Assembly: GCA_002269645.1 (NCBI GenBank) | Contig: NIVC01003359.1 | Span: forward strand, 38,497-102,496 | DNA from: Macrostomum lignano | Taxonomy: Eukaryota | Reading direction: 5' to 3' | DNA length: 64,000 nt | Shown here: positions 13,411 to 25,979 of the stretch, piece after piece | Position numbering within the stretch: position 1 is the first letter of the stretch | How the letters are laid out: each line of letters opens with the position of its first letter | Notes under the pieces: generated by a model | The model's database searches: none | Seen by the model: only the letters and a program-made list of their open reading frames with translations | Told to the model about the DNA's origin: nothing | Made by a program: the position numbers and the translations under genes

Positions 13411-14039
13411 AGGTAATACCTGCTTTCATTGTAATGTTTCTGATAAGGAAGTTAATAGATATTATGTGATTACATATTATTGTAGCTTGTACTAAAAGGC
13501 CTATTGGCAATGCGTCATTAAGTTATGCTAATATAAGTAGTTCATAGATCTTTTCTGGTACGAGCGTACAATAATATTTTCAATTCGTTTCTAACATTCC
13601 GTGCGATCTCGCAATTTTACTAATAGTAGTATATAGCTACACAGATGCTACAGACCAATGCTTAAACGGTGCAGCGCACAATTTCAATGCTGTGATTCGA
13701 ATATCAGTGTTTTTCGGTCTTTTGCCATTAGTTTTTTCCGTATTACTAATATTTTACGCGCGACGATGTACAGCTGCGTATCTTTACATGTATCTCGATT
13801 TGACGTATTTAAGCTTTATTTACAAAGTCATTTCGATGTAGAATTGTTTTATTCCTTGGTCACTGGACAACCACACATTGTATTTCTGTATAATACAGCT
13901 ATGCACTTTTGCATGCCGCCATTGATTTCGAATTTCGCTCCTCCAATGCCCTGATTTCTGTTGTTTAATCGAGGCAGTCTATTTATAGAGTTGATCACAA
14001 TTGACATTGATCTATAGCCTTATTCTATAGCCTATATAG

Positions 14040-14410
14040 ATCTATTCTTAGATCTATAGCCTTATTGGGTGAGATTTTGGTATCTATAGCCCTATTGGGG
14101 TGAGATTTTGGTATCTATAGCCCTATTGGGGTGAGATTTTGAGATTTATAGCTTTATTGTGGTGACATTGTGATATCTATAGCCTCACTGGGGTGAGATT
14201 TTGATATCTATAGCCTTATTGGGGTGAGATTTTGAGATTTAAGCTTTATTGTGGTGACATTGTGATATCTATAGCCTCACTGGGGTGAGATTTTAAAATC
14301 TATACCCTGAGATTTTGAGATCGATAACCTGAGATTTCGAGATCGATAACCTGAGATTTTGAGATCGATAACCTGAGGTTTCGAGATCTATACCCTGAGA
14401 TTTTGAGATT
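14040..14410. repeat. Tandem repeat, about 30-bp unit (TCTATAGCCCTATTGGGGTGAGATTTTG) grading into a unit of about 20 bp
   Basis: Direct inspection. Confidence 0.85.
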
Positions 14411-15594
14411 GATCATCTCCACCGGCTTTGAATTCGAGTTTTCACGTCAAATTAACGTTGAAAGATTTCGATTTAAATGATTTTTAAATAATACCACACG
14501 GTCAATAAAGCGTTTTTCTCCAATAACTTAGCTTGTACAAGCACGCACTGTAGCAACAGCTGACTAATGGTGTGATTGATCATTGCTTTAATCTCGGCAA
14601 ACTAATTCCTATGTATAGTTATACATCTATATTTATATATAAATTTACTTCAAATTTCAGTCAAATGCATTCCCTATATTCAGGAGTATTAATATACGCC
14701 ACAGAAGTTGATTTTTTAGACTTTAATATCCGTAATGTTGTTTGAACAAGTGTTCCGGTTTTATTATTATTTCATTAGCTGAAAAGTAATTTTAATTGGG
14801 TCGGTCCTTGCAGCGGCAGAAACTATTGATAATTCAACTGAAATATGAATTTTATAAATAATACGGAACTTTAACTACTACATGGGAAATGCAGGGTGTC
14901 AAAATTAGAATTGACGTGTCATGACGTCCGCTATGACACTAAAGATACCCGGTATATAAGTTATTATGAGTGATAAGCTATAGCTATAATATGTAAAGCC
15001 TGCTTAAACGTGCAGTTCAGTCATTTCTGATTTCTCTCTATCATCGATAAATTGTCTGCTCTTATCAGCAACCACGAGAAGAGACAGAGAGTTGATGAAG
15101 AGAGATGGGGAGGCCATTAATCAGTTAGTCCAATATAAGCGATCTGTGTGCTGTGCTTTAACCTCCCCCCCCTTTAGCCCGCACGGTCGATTTGGATAAA
15201 GCCTAGTAGATGTACTGTATGTAAATGCGGTGCCCAGGATCAGAGCATGCAGCCTCTCTCTCCCCTGCTCCTAAGCCTCCCATCTCGCTGACATCAGCTA
15301 TATAGATTTACTAATTGCGACCTCTTCTCTGACCACATGCGAGTATTGGATCCCTACAGCACTGCAGAGCTGCGCTGAGGCGGACTGTCTATCTCAATCT
15401 TAGCTATGTTTAGTCAATTATAATCGGTGATGGAGTTATAATACCTGATTTAATTAGCGTTTTATTAAAGCTAGACAATGTCCGATATCGTCTCTAGAAA
15501 TTCAAACAGTCGTTTCTGTATTATTGTTCTCATCAATCTTTACAGTAACCCTTTTTGCCATAAAATCAATCCTGTCTCTGCCTTTCGGGTCACC

Positions 15595-16215
15595 CTGTCA
15601 TTTCCGATCCTTCCGCTGTCACTCTCCATCCTTCCGCTGTCACTCTTCCATCCTTCCGCTGTCACTCTTCCATCCTTCCGCTGTCACTCTTTCATCCTTC
15701 CGCTGTCACTCTTCCATCCTTCCGATGTCACTCTTCCATCCTTCCGCTGTCATTTCCCGATCCTTCCGCTGTCACTCTTCCATCCTTCCGATGTCACTCT
15801 TCCATCCTTCCGCTGTCACTCTTCCATCCTTCCGCTGTCACTCTTCCATCCTTCCGCTGTCACTCTTCCATCCTTCCGGTGTCACTCTTCCATCCTTCCG
15901 CTGTCACTCTTCCATCCTTCCGATGTCACTCTTCCATCCTTCCGCTGTCACTCTTCCATCCTTCCGCTGTCACTCTTCCTTCCGCTGTCACTCTTCCATC
16001 CTTCCGCTGTCACTCTTCCATCCTTCCGCTGTCACTCTTCCATCCTTCCGCTGTCATTTCCCGATCCTTCCGCTGTCACTCTTCCATCCTTCCGCTGTCA
16101 CTCTTCCATCCTTCCGCTGTCATTTCCCTGTCCTTCCGCTGTCATTTCCGTGTCCTTCCGCTGTCATTTCCCTATCCTTCCGCTGTCAGTTCCCTATCAT
16201 TCCGCTGTCAGTGGC
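15595..16215. repeat. 22-bp minisatellite CTTCCGCTGTCACTCTTCCATC
   Basis: About 28 copies, pyrimidine-rich on +; source of spurious ORFs 15478-16266. Confidence 0.95.
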
Positions 16216-16952
16216 CTATCCCTCCAGAATAATTCAATGATAATTCCGGTATCCTTCCGAGTTTAATTAATCAACTTATCCCAGGTCATTAACTTCTGCA
16301 CCTCCCCCCCCCAGAAAAGGTCGGGCAGAACTTTAATTTTAACCAAACATCAGCAGCGCTGGGGCGAAGGGTTCCATAGAAAGGAAGGGGGAGAGAGAGA
16401 GAGAGAGAGAGAGAGCCCCAATTGATAAGAGTAGAAGAACATGCTTCTCGGATCAATGGCCTGAGAATCGAGGCCAGGACTAGCAGGACGCTGCGCAGAG
16501 CGGGCTGGGGCCGCATCATGGCAAATCAGAATCGAGGCGCACATAAGCCTGAGGGCTGGGAGAGGCAGGCAGAGAGACACAGAGGTTACTGGGGATCTGG
16601 CGTGTGTTTGGTAGCCTTGAGTTTGAGCTGGAAGGATGAAGGCGGAGGCCTAGCACGCGGATGATCGTTCCTTTTTCCTCCAGCCTTGCTCTCTCTGCCC
16701 CCCCCCCAGCTCCGCTCTCTCGTCGTGGATTTTGCGAGGAATCGCGCGAATCATACAGATAGAGAGAGAAAGAGGTCACAATATTGGCCTGGCCCTATAG
16801 CCTATAGCTTAACTCCAGGCTACCAATCTCTATATAGCGTTCCCGTTGCTAAAGCCCACTATTGCTCAGGCGACTGAGCTAACCAGTGCTATATTGTGCT
16901 TGGAAATTCAGACAGACTCCCTGCACCCGGGTGATTACTCCCGCCCGGAGCG

Positions 16953-17395
16953 ATGGAGCCGCAGATTCGCATCCAGCTGGAGCCGCCGGCTGAGGAGAGC
17001 GGCAAGGTGACGATCATTTCGCCGCCCGACATCGCCGGAGCCGCGCCGCCGGCAGTCGCTGGCGACACCGTCCAAGTTCGCCGCCAACTGTCGCCCAATT
17101 CGTCTACGTCGTCTCGATCCCGACGCTCCCGCTCGCTGCCCTCGTGCACGAGGAGCCATCAGCGGGTGGATCGACTGCCGCAGGCGGCTGCGGCGGTGGC
17201 AGTGGCAGCGGAGTCGGGGTCGCCGATAGCGACGCCGCCGCTTCGCCCTGTAGTCGGCGCAAGCTGTCGGACTCGGTGCGTCGCCTCGCCATCGACACGA
17301 TGCCGGCGCCGGTGGACCCCAACGCTAGGCAGCGGCGTCGGTCGTTTGACGCTTCGGCTCTGCAAAATTTGAGCTCCATTCAAGAGACCGAATAA
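16953..17395 (+). CDS. Hypothetical protein of about 147 aa with one frameshift near 17142
   Basis: MEPQIRIQLEPP...SRSL continues as VHEEPSAGG...RRRSFDASALQNLSSIQETE* in the -1 frame; GC-rich island. Confidence 0.55.
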
Positions 17396-17907
17396 TGGGA
17401 TTTTTATCCTCCTACAATTAGTCTGCGTGCGAACTTACTACTAACTTTTTGTGTAAGAATGAGGCTCTTAGCATCTTCATATGTCTGGGTTCTCTGGAAG
17501 GGAATCAGCATCTTTAAAAGGTTGTCAGGCTTCTTTTAGAGGGTCTCGGCATCGTTTGAAGAGTGTCAGCGACTAGAAAAGATTGAGCAAATTTTTAAAA
17601 TGTCTCCAGTGTCAGTGTTTTTTTGAAGGCTGTCAGCATATCTACAGGGTGCCGGGGATTTCTATAAGGCTGTCGGAATCTCGGTAAAAGGCTTTAGCAT
17701 CTTTATTGGGTGTCAGGGTTTTGTACTGGTAGAATGCACCAGACTAGCATCTCTAGAATGGTGTCAGAACATTTGGAAATGTTTTTGCGCATCTATAAGC
17801 TCTCTGGAGGGATGTCCGCATCTCAGCTTCTCTAGAAGGTGTTAGCACTTTTAGGATTATCAGCATCTCTATGATGTGTCAGGCTTCTCTAAAATTCTGT
17901 CAGCATA

Positions 17908-18218
17908 GAAGGGTGTCAGCATCAATAGAAGGGTGTCGGCATCAATAGAAGGGTGTCAGTATCAATAGAAGGGTGTCAGTATCAATAGAAGGGTGTCAGT
18001 ATCAATAGAAGGGTGTCAGTATCAATAGAAGGGTGTCAGTATCAATAGAAGTGTGTCAGTATCAATAGAAGGGTGTCAGCCTATCTATAAGTGTCAGCTT
18101 ATCTAGAAGTGTGTCAGCATCTATAGAAGTGTGTCAGCATCTATAGAAGTGTGTCAGCATCTATAGAAGGGTGTCAGCCTATCTATAAGAGTGTCAGCTT
18201 ATCTAGAAGTGTGTCAGT
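17908..18218. repeat. 20-bp minisatellite AGAAGGGTGTCAGTATCAAT
   Basis: Direct inspection; degenerate copies extend upstream. Confidence 0.9.
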
Positions 18219-18848
18219 AATCTGAGTTCTCCAAGGGAAAACTCAGACATCACTGGTTCTTCAGTGATGGCCTCTGAGTTTTAAAATAAAATTCTTATCT
18301 AGCCAGATGTCAGTCGGAAAACCCATTTGATTATATTTATCAACCATAGCTTCACGGACAGCTATAATACACTTGAATCTGTCTATGGCGATACCTCATT
18401 CAGCGCTGTGCAAAAGTCAAATCTTTTTGCTTAGTTTTAAATCCCTCTCTGGGCCACGCGCCTCTATCCAGCAATGTAAAGCAGATTCCAAGCATTATTG
18501 AGTCAATCCTGTTTTATCATTTATCTGCCGTGATATTTATTTGCATTAATAAACCAGATGAAACTCGCTCATCCATAGTAGATACGAGCACCCGTGACAA
18601 CGTTTGTCACTTTGCTTGTGCTGCTTGTCAAATCTGTCACTGCACGACAGCTCGCGATTCATTTTTAGCAAGTTCTCTGCCGCCGGTATTTTATCTTCCC
18701 CCTGATCCCCTGACTAGACTGCCCTCCAGATTTTTGTTCACTTTTGTGACGTGCTGCACCGAGGCCCTTTCTGTGCACCTGCTGACCGGCTTCTCCGCCT
18801 CTGAGTTTATTCACTCTCCTGCACTTCTCTGCTTCCTCTCGCTCCCTC

Positions 18849-19006
18849 NNNNNNNNNNNNNNNNNNNNNNNNNNNNNNNNNNNNNNNNNNNNNNNNNNNN
18901 NNNNNNNNNNNNNNNNNNNNNNNNNNNNNNNNNNNNNNNNNNNNNNNNNNNNNNNNNNNNNNNNNNNNNNNNNNNNNNNNNNNNNNNNNNNNNNNNNNNN
19001 NNNNNN
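18849..19006. other. Assembly gap (158 N)
   Basis: Run of N. Confidence 1.
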
Positions 19007-19153
19007 AAAAATCTTGGCCATCAGGTTGTGCGCTACATAGCCAGGGACCGGCGGCAACAGCGAGCTTTGAATCCTCCTAATTGATTTCTGAATGTCCATC
19101 ATATCTTGTTTTATACGAACTGAGACTATAAGTTATACTGCATGTACTCATGT

Positions 19154-19335
19154 CAGCAACATTTAAAAGTCGCCACTCTATGCGCCGTAGTGAGCAGTTT
19201 CTCTTGGACTATTCTGAAAAAAATACGAGAAAACTGAGTTGCGTCACTCGCAAAGATTGAGAGACTTCACCTGCACTCTCAAAAGTGGCGACCACAGACG
19301 GAATCTTCTGTGATGGCGACTTTTTGATGTTTCTG
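19154..19335. mobile_element. Putative MITE with imperfect inverted ends of about 22 bp
   Basis: CAGCAACATTTAAAAGTCGCCA ... TGGCGACTTTTTGATGTTTCTG; TSD not resolved. Confidence 0.4.
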
Positions 19336-19990
19336 AGTACACCTCTCACTATATTGGTTTTACGTTTCGACTATACGTTTTTTATTGATTAAATAGAAGA
19401 CAGGTAGGTAGATTCAAAATCAATATTTTCTTGAGTTATCAAACGGGATCATTATTTTTATGTCATATTCAAATCGAACAAGGTTCCCCTAGAAACATTT
19501 CAACATTCGAGCTGCCTTTAACGTTAATGCTGGCCGGGGGTTGCCCCAGGACCCCGGGTCCTGCACGTAAGAACTACAGTATGAGACTGGTATGGCCTTT
19601 ATCCCAGCCAGCGATGCTCACACCTGCCTCCCCTGGCGGGCTGATAGCTCAAGAGACTCTGTCTCCTGATTTTCACCTTGCAAGGCGCACTTCGAAGGGT
19701 ACTCGTCCCGTGGGTGTTAAGGCAGGCCCCCTTGGGCCCTGCCGAGCTGATTCGTTGGCGCCGGGTCCTGGTGTGACCATAAACGCACCCTCTAATGTCC
19801 CAGTGTAACTCCGTGCTGATGGACGCTTGGCCAGGGAGTAGTCTGGTCGCTAACGGTTCCCCTTGCGCTTTTGGGTCCCCCCGCAGGGTGGTATTTTGCT
19901 TTTTGGGGGCCTGCCGCTTGGTTTGGGGTTGCGGCCTTGCGGCTCTTTGCCTGTGTTCTGCAGGAAGTCCCACCTTTTTACTTCCAGCCA

Positions 19991-21509
19991 ATGGCTTCTA
20001 ACCGAAGTAACAAACCGGCTGTGGATGACACAGTGCCTCCGGCCTCGGCTGGGGCCGTGGACTCCTCGGCCATACCACCTGCTACCATCGGGGACGCCTC
20101 GGCGAGACCCGTGGAGCCAACTCTGAGCGGTGCCTCCGAGAAGACACCTGCTACTCCAGCTGCTAAGAAACGCAGCACCACCTCTGGAGCTGCCCGCCGT
20201 CGACTTAACAAGGCGAGGCGGGCCAAGGAGGGCGGAAGCCAAACCGGTGCCAGGGGCCAACGGCCCGCGGCAGCGGAAGCTTCCCAGTCTGGGCGGTGGC
20301 GGAAGAGGGCCTCGAGCCCACGGAAGCCCCTGCCCAGGATAGGGAGGCCGATGCAGCCGGGAGGGTGGACAGCCCACCTGAAGAAAGCTCCACTGACCCC
20401 CGGGCCTCCTACGCTGATGCGGCAAAGAGGCAACCGGCGGTTGTCATCCTGGGAAAGGACGCGCGCCTGTCTCCCGATCAGCTGAAGCAGGTGAGAAGTG
20501 CCGTTGATGGCCTCCTGTGGAAGCAAACTCTGAAGGGCACGCCTCTGAACATTCATTCGAATGCGACGAGGGACTCGTGCCTTCTCATTTGGCCCAGTGA
20601 TGCTGACTCGGGTCGGCGGCTCCTTGAGCTGCTGCCCGAGCAGAGCTGGGACCTCAACCTAGCCTTCTGCAGAGAGGACGAGCGCCCCCGGACCAAGAGG
20701 CATCGAATCTGGGTCCCGGCCAGGAGCGTTGTTACCTCTGCTGACGAGCTCCGGAAAGGACTGCTAGCAGTCAACCGGGAGCTTCCCGCCGCGGGCCTAG
20801 TGGTGCATGACACCCTTAAGCGCACCGACGGCACTGGCTTCACAGCCATCCTGGGGCTGTCGGACGCCTGGATGAGGCGTTATCCACACGGCAGCTTCAT
20901 CAACGTCGGCCTTTGGAAGCTGCGCATCCGCTCCTACGAGGCCGACCCTCCCCGTGGCAGTGAGCAGGGCGGGCGGGATGCGGAGGCGGCCGGGGCCGAG
21001 GCGCAAGCCTCTGCTCAGACTGCCAAAGCAAACCGCCCTGCCCGGCAGCACGGCCGCGCGGGCAAAGCTGAGCGCGCTGCTGAGGGCGGAGGCGACCGAC
21101 GCCCGGCGCGTAGCACCAAGCGGCGCGGCCTGTACCAGCGTGCAGCTGAGGCAGTCCGTACCGCCAAAATCTCCAGCTGAGGCGAGAGGTCGCCGGGACG
21201 CCTAGGCGCACCAGTTCGTCCAGGGAGGGTGGGGACGTCCCAGCTGGGCCCAACCCCTCGGGGCAGGGCCGACTGGAGACGGACCCGCCTGCCCAGGCGG
21301 CTGGCTGCTCCAGGGCATTGGGCCAATCTGAGGCGGAGGACCCCATGGATGGTGGGCAAAGGGCGGCGAACGCTGCCTACTGCCTTCCGGCCAATCGGGG
21401 GCCTTTTGCTGAAGAAGAGCCCATGGACACCGGCGACCCCGACCCGAAGCCGGTGAGCGCCGAGGAGGAGGAGGAACTCCTGGCGGCTGCAACATCCGAT
21501 CTGCAATGA
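19991..21509 (+). CDS. LINE ORF1 (gag-like nucleic-acid-binding protein), two frameshifts
   Basis: MASNRSNK.. (19991) joins the frame of 20296-21180 near 20290 and the frame of 21318-21509 near 21160. Acidic EEEEELL tail; the stop overlaps the ORF2 ATG. Confidence 0.7.
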
Positions 21510-24500
21510 TGCCAACGACTACCTGGTGTCTGCAGATCAACACCCAGCACTGCGTGGCGGCGTCGGTCAACCTGATGCGCACGGCAGAGCAACAGCTTCC
21601 GGGCCTGGTCTTCGTACAGGAGCCCTGGATGACTAAAGGTAAGCCAAATAATGTGCCATCTGGCTACCACTGTTTTTGCATGGCGGGCTCTCAGCCTCGC
21701 CCAAGATCTCTGGTCTTTGCTGCAAAAGCTTTTGAGGCATGGATGAGACCTGATCTCTCGACTGGGGACATCTGTGTTGTTCAAATCAATAACCTCATTC
21801 CCAATAAACCTGTGCTGGTAGCTTCTGCCTATTTCCCGGGCGATGCCCCAGTTGTCTGCGACGCGTTAGTCAACCTTACTGACTATGCTGCGTCCCATCG
21901 GTTCGAGCTGCTCATTGCAGGGGATGTGAACGCACACCACCTGCATTGGGGCAGCAAGAACATCAATAGCAGAGGCGAGGAGCTGCTGGCCTATGTCAGC
22001 AGCACTAACCTCAACTTCTGTAACGTGGGCAATGCACCAACGTTCAATAATGGGCGGTGGGCCGAAGTCATCGACACCACCATCGCCTCACCCGGACTGC
22101 TTTCCGCAGTTACGGGCTGGCGAGTGTGGGACGAGGACTCGCTCTCGGACCACCGCTTTATCCGCTTTTGCATTGGGCCGACCAAGCAAAAGCCTAAGGT
22201 CACTTGGAGTCGGAACGTCAGGAACACCGATTGGGCCGCCTTTGGCTCGAAGCTGAGCCGCGGCCTTCGGGATCTTGACCCCCCCAGTGACCTCTCTGAC
22301 TGCCAGGTGGTGGACGATCTCGCCTCCTCCCTGGGCGGGGCGATCACCACTGCCTTTGAAGCAGCCTGCCCCTAAAGGCCTATAAAGGCAAAAAATCTGC
22401 TCCCTGGTGGAACCCAGAGCTCGGGGCCCTTCGGCGCCGAGCCAGGACCCTCCAAAGGCGAGCGCTCAAAACCAAAGACCCATCTGACAGAGAGGCCTAT
22501 ACCCGTGCGATCCACGAGTTTAAGGGCCAAGTCAGAAGGGCCAAGACGGCCAAGTGGCGCCAATATTGCGAAGGGCTTGAGGGCTCTCGCCCCGTAGCCC
22601 GCGTGGTTAAGGCACTCACTAATGACCGTTTTTCTAAACTCTCTGTTGTGAAGAGACCTGACGGCTCGGTCACAGAGAGTTCGGAAGAGACTCTAGAGCT
22701 CATGCTCAACAGTTTTTTCCCTAAATCTCCGACTCAGCAGGGCCCGCCCGACCACACAGTGGGAGGGCAAGGCCTAGCAAAGTCTATGATCACCAAAGAC
22801 CGCATTATTAGAGCGGCAAGGTCCTTTAACCCGTTCAAGGCGCCTGGGCCCGACGGCATCTACCCAGCGTTCTTGCACGAGGCGGTGAAAAACCACCGCT
22901 TCCTGGACCTGCTCTGTCGTCTCCTTCGAGCTTGTATGGAGCTGGGCTATGTACCAGTTGCATGGAGAGAGGCCCGGGTGGTCTTTATCCCCAAGCCTGG
23001 AAAGAGCGACTACCAATCGGTGAAGGCCTTCAGGCCTATCAGCCTCACTTCTTTCTGCCTCAAGCTCCTCGAGAGACTGGTGCTTTGGCGCCTACTTTCG
23101 GTCGAGCTGAAGCGCTTCCCACTCTCGCAGAACCAGCACGCCTTCCGCGCGGGCAGGTCAACCGAGAGTGCTCTCCATGTCATTGTTGACTTCCTGGAGA
23201 GGGCCGTTCTTGGCAGCGGCTTTGCCCTCTCGCTTTTCCTGGACATTGAGGGGGCCTTCGACAACGTCATCTTCGAGGCCTTTTGCAGAGCCCTGGAATC
23301 CAGGGCCACGCACCCTCACCTTGTCCGGTGGATCATGTTCATGATCCGAAACCGCACTGTTGTGGCCCACCTGAGCGGCAGCTCTCTTTCGGTGCCTGTC
23401 CTGAAAGGGGGCCCCCAGGGCGGCGTTCTCACCCCCGTTCTCTGGAACATGGTCATGGATGAGTTGCTTTGCAGTGATCTCCACGACCCCATTCTCAAGG
23501 TGGGCTATGCCGATGATGTGACCGCGATATGCGCGGGCCCCTCGGTTGATACCATCAGAGACCTTCTGCAGGGCTTTCTGGGACGAGCGGAGCGTTGGGC
23601 AGACCAATGTGGCCTTAGACTCTCAGAGTCGAAAACCACAGCAGTCATGTTTACCAACAAACTGCTCTGGACCATTAAGCCCCTCACCCTCTATGGAAAG
23701 AATATTTCCATGGAGAAGCAGGTCCGCTGCCTGGGCCTCACTCTGGACCACAGGCTTAACTGGACTCCGCACATTCAAACTAAAGCCAAAAAAGCCCTGG
23801 CTGTACTGGCTCAGATCAGGCGCGCCGTGGGCACCACCTGGGGGCTCACCCCCAGGAAGCTGTGGTGGATTTACACTGCCATCATCCGCCCCTCGATCAG
23901 TTACGCCAGCCTCGTGTGGGCTAGCGGCCTGAGCGTCAAGAGCAACCTCGACGCTCTCTACAAAATCCAGGGCAGAGCCTGCCGCATGACTATGGGCGCT
24001 CCACCCTCTACTCCTTTTGAAGGCATGAATGCCTTCCTCTGCGCCCCTCCTTTGGATATTTATATCAAAGGAGAGGCGGCGAAGAGCACCCGGCGTCTTC
24101 TGGATGCTGGGGTGGCCTTCAAGAAAGTGCGGGCCTTTAAGAAGCGGTCGCTTATCCCGCACTCTGACCTCTGCCTCAAGGCTCTCGAGGAGTGTGGCGG
24201 GCTCAACATCCTCACGGACTCGATCCCAGCCACCCTTCTCCTGAGCCAAAGGTATAAGGTCACCATTCAGCCTCGACACGAGGCGAGTGACAGCTGGAGC
24301 GACTCTGAAGTCCACTGTTACACTGACGGCTCTATGAGGCATGGTCTTTCAGGCTTCGGAGCTTGCGTCTTCTTCAAGGGAGAAGTGGTGTGGAGCTACT
24401 CCCAGCACACTGGGCTCAACTCCAGTGTTTTTCAGAGCGAGGTGCTTGCCATCAGCTCCTGCGCGGCAGAGCTGCGCCGAAGGCAGCTTAGCGGCCGGAA

Positions 24501-25209
24501 ATTTATTTTTCACTCTGACAGCCAAGCAGCCCTTCGGGCCCTCTGCCGCAGCACCGCCAGCTCCAGGTCCGTCCTGGACTGCAACACCCAGCTCAACGGG
24601 CTTGCGCTAGGCAACCAGGTGGAGCTCAGATGGATCCCGGGCCACGCCGGCTTCCTCGGCAACGAGCGCGCTGACCTGCTGGCCAAGGCTGGCTCCGCCG
24701 GCGCGCTATTGGGGCCGGGCCCGGGTGCCCCCATCCCCGCCTCGGTGATCAATTCCCGCGTTAAGCGCTGGGCTGACTCCGAGCATCTCCGCAGGTGGCA
24801 CGACACCCGGAATTGTAGGCAATCCCGTGCTGCCGTCCCCTGTCCCTCTCCTCTCCTGCGTAGAGCCCTCCTCAGGCTCAACCGCAGAGACCTCAGAGCA
24901 GTTAGCATGGCCCTCTCCGGGCATGGCTGCTTCTCTCGCCACCGCTTCCTTCAGGGCCAAGTACCCGAGGAGCGGTGCCCCTTCTGCCGCTCAGGCAGTG
25001 AAAACGCCGAGCATTTTATCTGCCACTGCCCGGTTTTCACCAGGGCCAGGCTTACTCACCTCGGGCCAAACCCGGTTCTCTCCGACGTTTGCAGGCCCGA
25101 GAGCATCCCACTGCTCGCCCGGTACCTCAGGGACACCGGACGAGCTGATTTCTTCCCCACCGTCGGTGAGGAGGACCGCGCTGCAGGCGAGACCGACGGG
25201 TCCCCCTGA
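21506..25209 (+). CDS. LINE ORF2: apurinic-like endonuclease, reverse transcriptase, RNase H, CCHC finger; one frameshift near 22372
   Basis: APE: LQIN, VQEPW, GDVNAHH..WGS, SDHRFI. RT: KAPGPDGI, RPISL, FLDIEGAFD, PQGGVL.P, YADD. RNase H: YTDGS, EVLAI, SDSQAAL, WIPGH, GNERADLLAK. C-terminal CPFC..EHFICHC. Confidence 0.95.
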
Positions 25210-25691
25210 GCGACACCACTTCAACGGAAGTCGTTGGTCGCCAGGGGCTAGCGGAATGGGCGGTCTCCTCCGCCTCCTCGCTGCATCCGCCGGACGCCCC
25301 CTGCAGCTAAGTCAAGTCAAGTTATGATGCTGTCCCTCTATTCGCCTCTTGCTGTAATAGTCATTTCGCAGTTGCTAATATTTTTACGTTGAATTACATT
25401 TTCATAGCTTTTTGACGTACGAGTATAAATTTGGTGCAGCCAAAGAGCCTCAAAGCGTCAGGACTTATTCGGAAGCTTGAGCATCTCTCTAAACCTGGAG
25501 GCCGTGCTTCATCACTAGTGGCATCACTGGCTGCCATGATCACATGATTTTCACTAGTTGCATTCATATTCCTGGAAGGTGGTCTTCTATATTCTAGATG
25601 TAGCTATACGTTTCTCGTATAGGATGACACTGCCCAACGACTATTGATAGTAGCCAAAATAGAATATGTCTAAATTTGCTGGCAATATTGA

Positions 25692-25960
25692 GGGGCGGAG
25701 CAGCTTCAACGGTAAGCGCATCTGGCCCTCGCGTCAAACCTCCTGGTTCGAATCCGTGCGCAGGCCACAGTTACTTTGGGTCTTGTAAGCGAAAATTGAA
25801 CGGGAGATTGTCGTGCGATTCACTCCCATGACGGCGAACCAACACGGCACAGCGAGTGTGCATGCCTGACGGTTAGAAAGTGAAGACCGCTGTGCATGAG
25901 TGCGTGCCTGTGTACATGCACATGCGCACCTGTATGTGCTCAGGAGTCAGCGGAATGGGA
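25692..25960 (+). mobile_element. tRNA-derived SINE (copy A)
   Basis: A-box-like AGCTTCAACGG and B box GGTTCGAATCC (25745-25755), no full cloverleaf; the 3' body is homologous to 45379-45650. Confidence 0.65.
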
Positions 25961-25979
25961 ACGCCCTGTTTACCAAAGC

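Larger units (their letters stand above)
19530..25323 (+). mobile_element. Near full-length non-LTR retrotransposon (R1/LOA-type LINE: ORF1 + APE-RT-RNase H-CCHC ORF2)
   Basis: GC-rich 5' UTR, ORF1, ORF2 domain order, short 3' UTR and (AAGTC)n tail at 25309-25322. The 5' boundary is approximate and no TSD was identified. Confidence 0.92.

Noticed and set aside
19620-19660. HDV-like ribozyme in the LINE 5' UTR (GCC-TCCCCT-GGC)
   Set aside because: Only a P3/L3-like hairpin; P1, P1.1 and P2 could not be completed by eye.
19599-25327. Numerous overlapping antisense and alternative-frame ORFs within the LINE
   Set aside because: Expected by chance in GC-rich coding DNA; no independent motifs.
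25692-25765. tRNA gene
   Set aside because: A and B boxes are present but there is no complete cloverleaf, and it continues into a body shared with another dispersed copy, so it is called a SINE.
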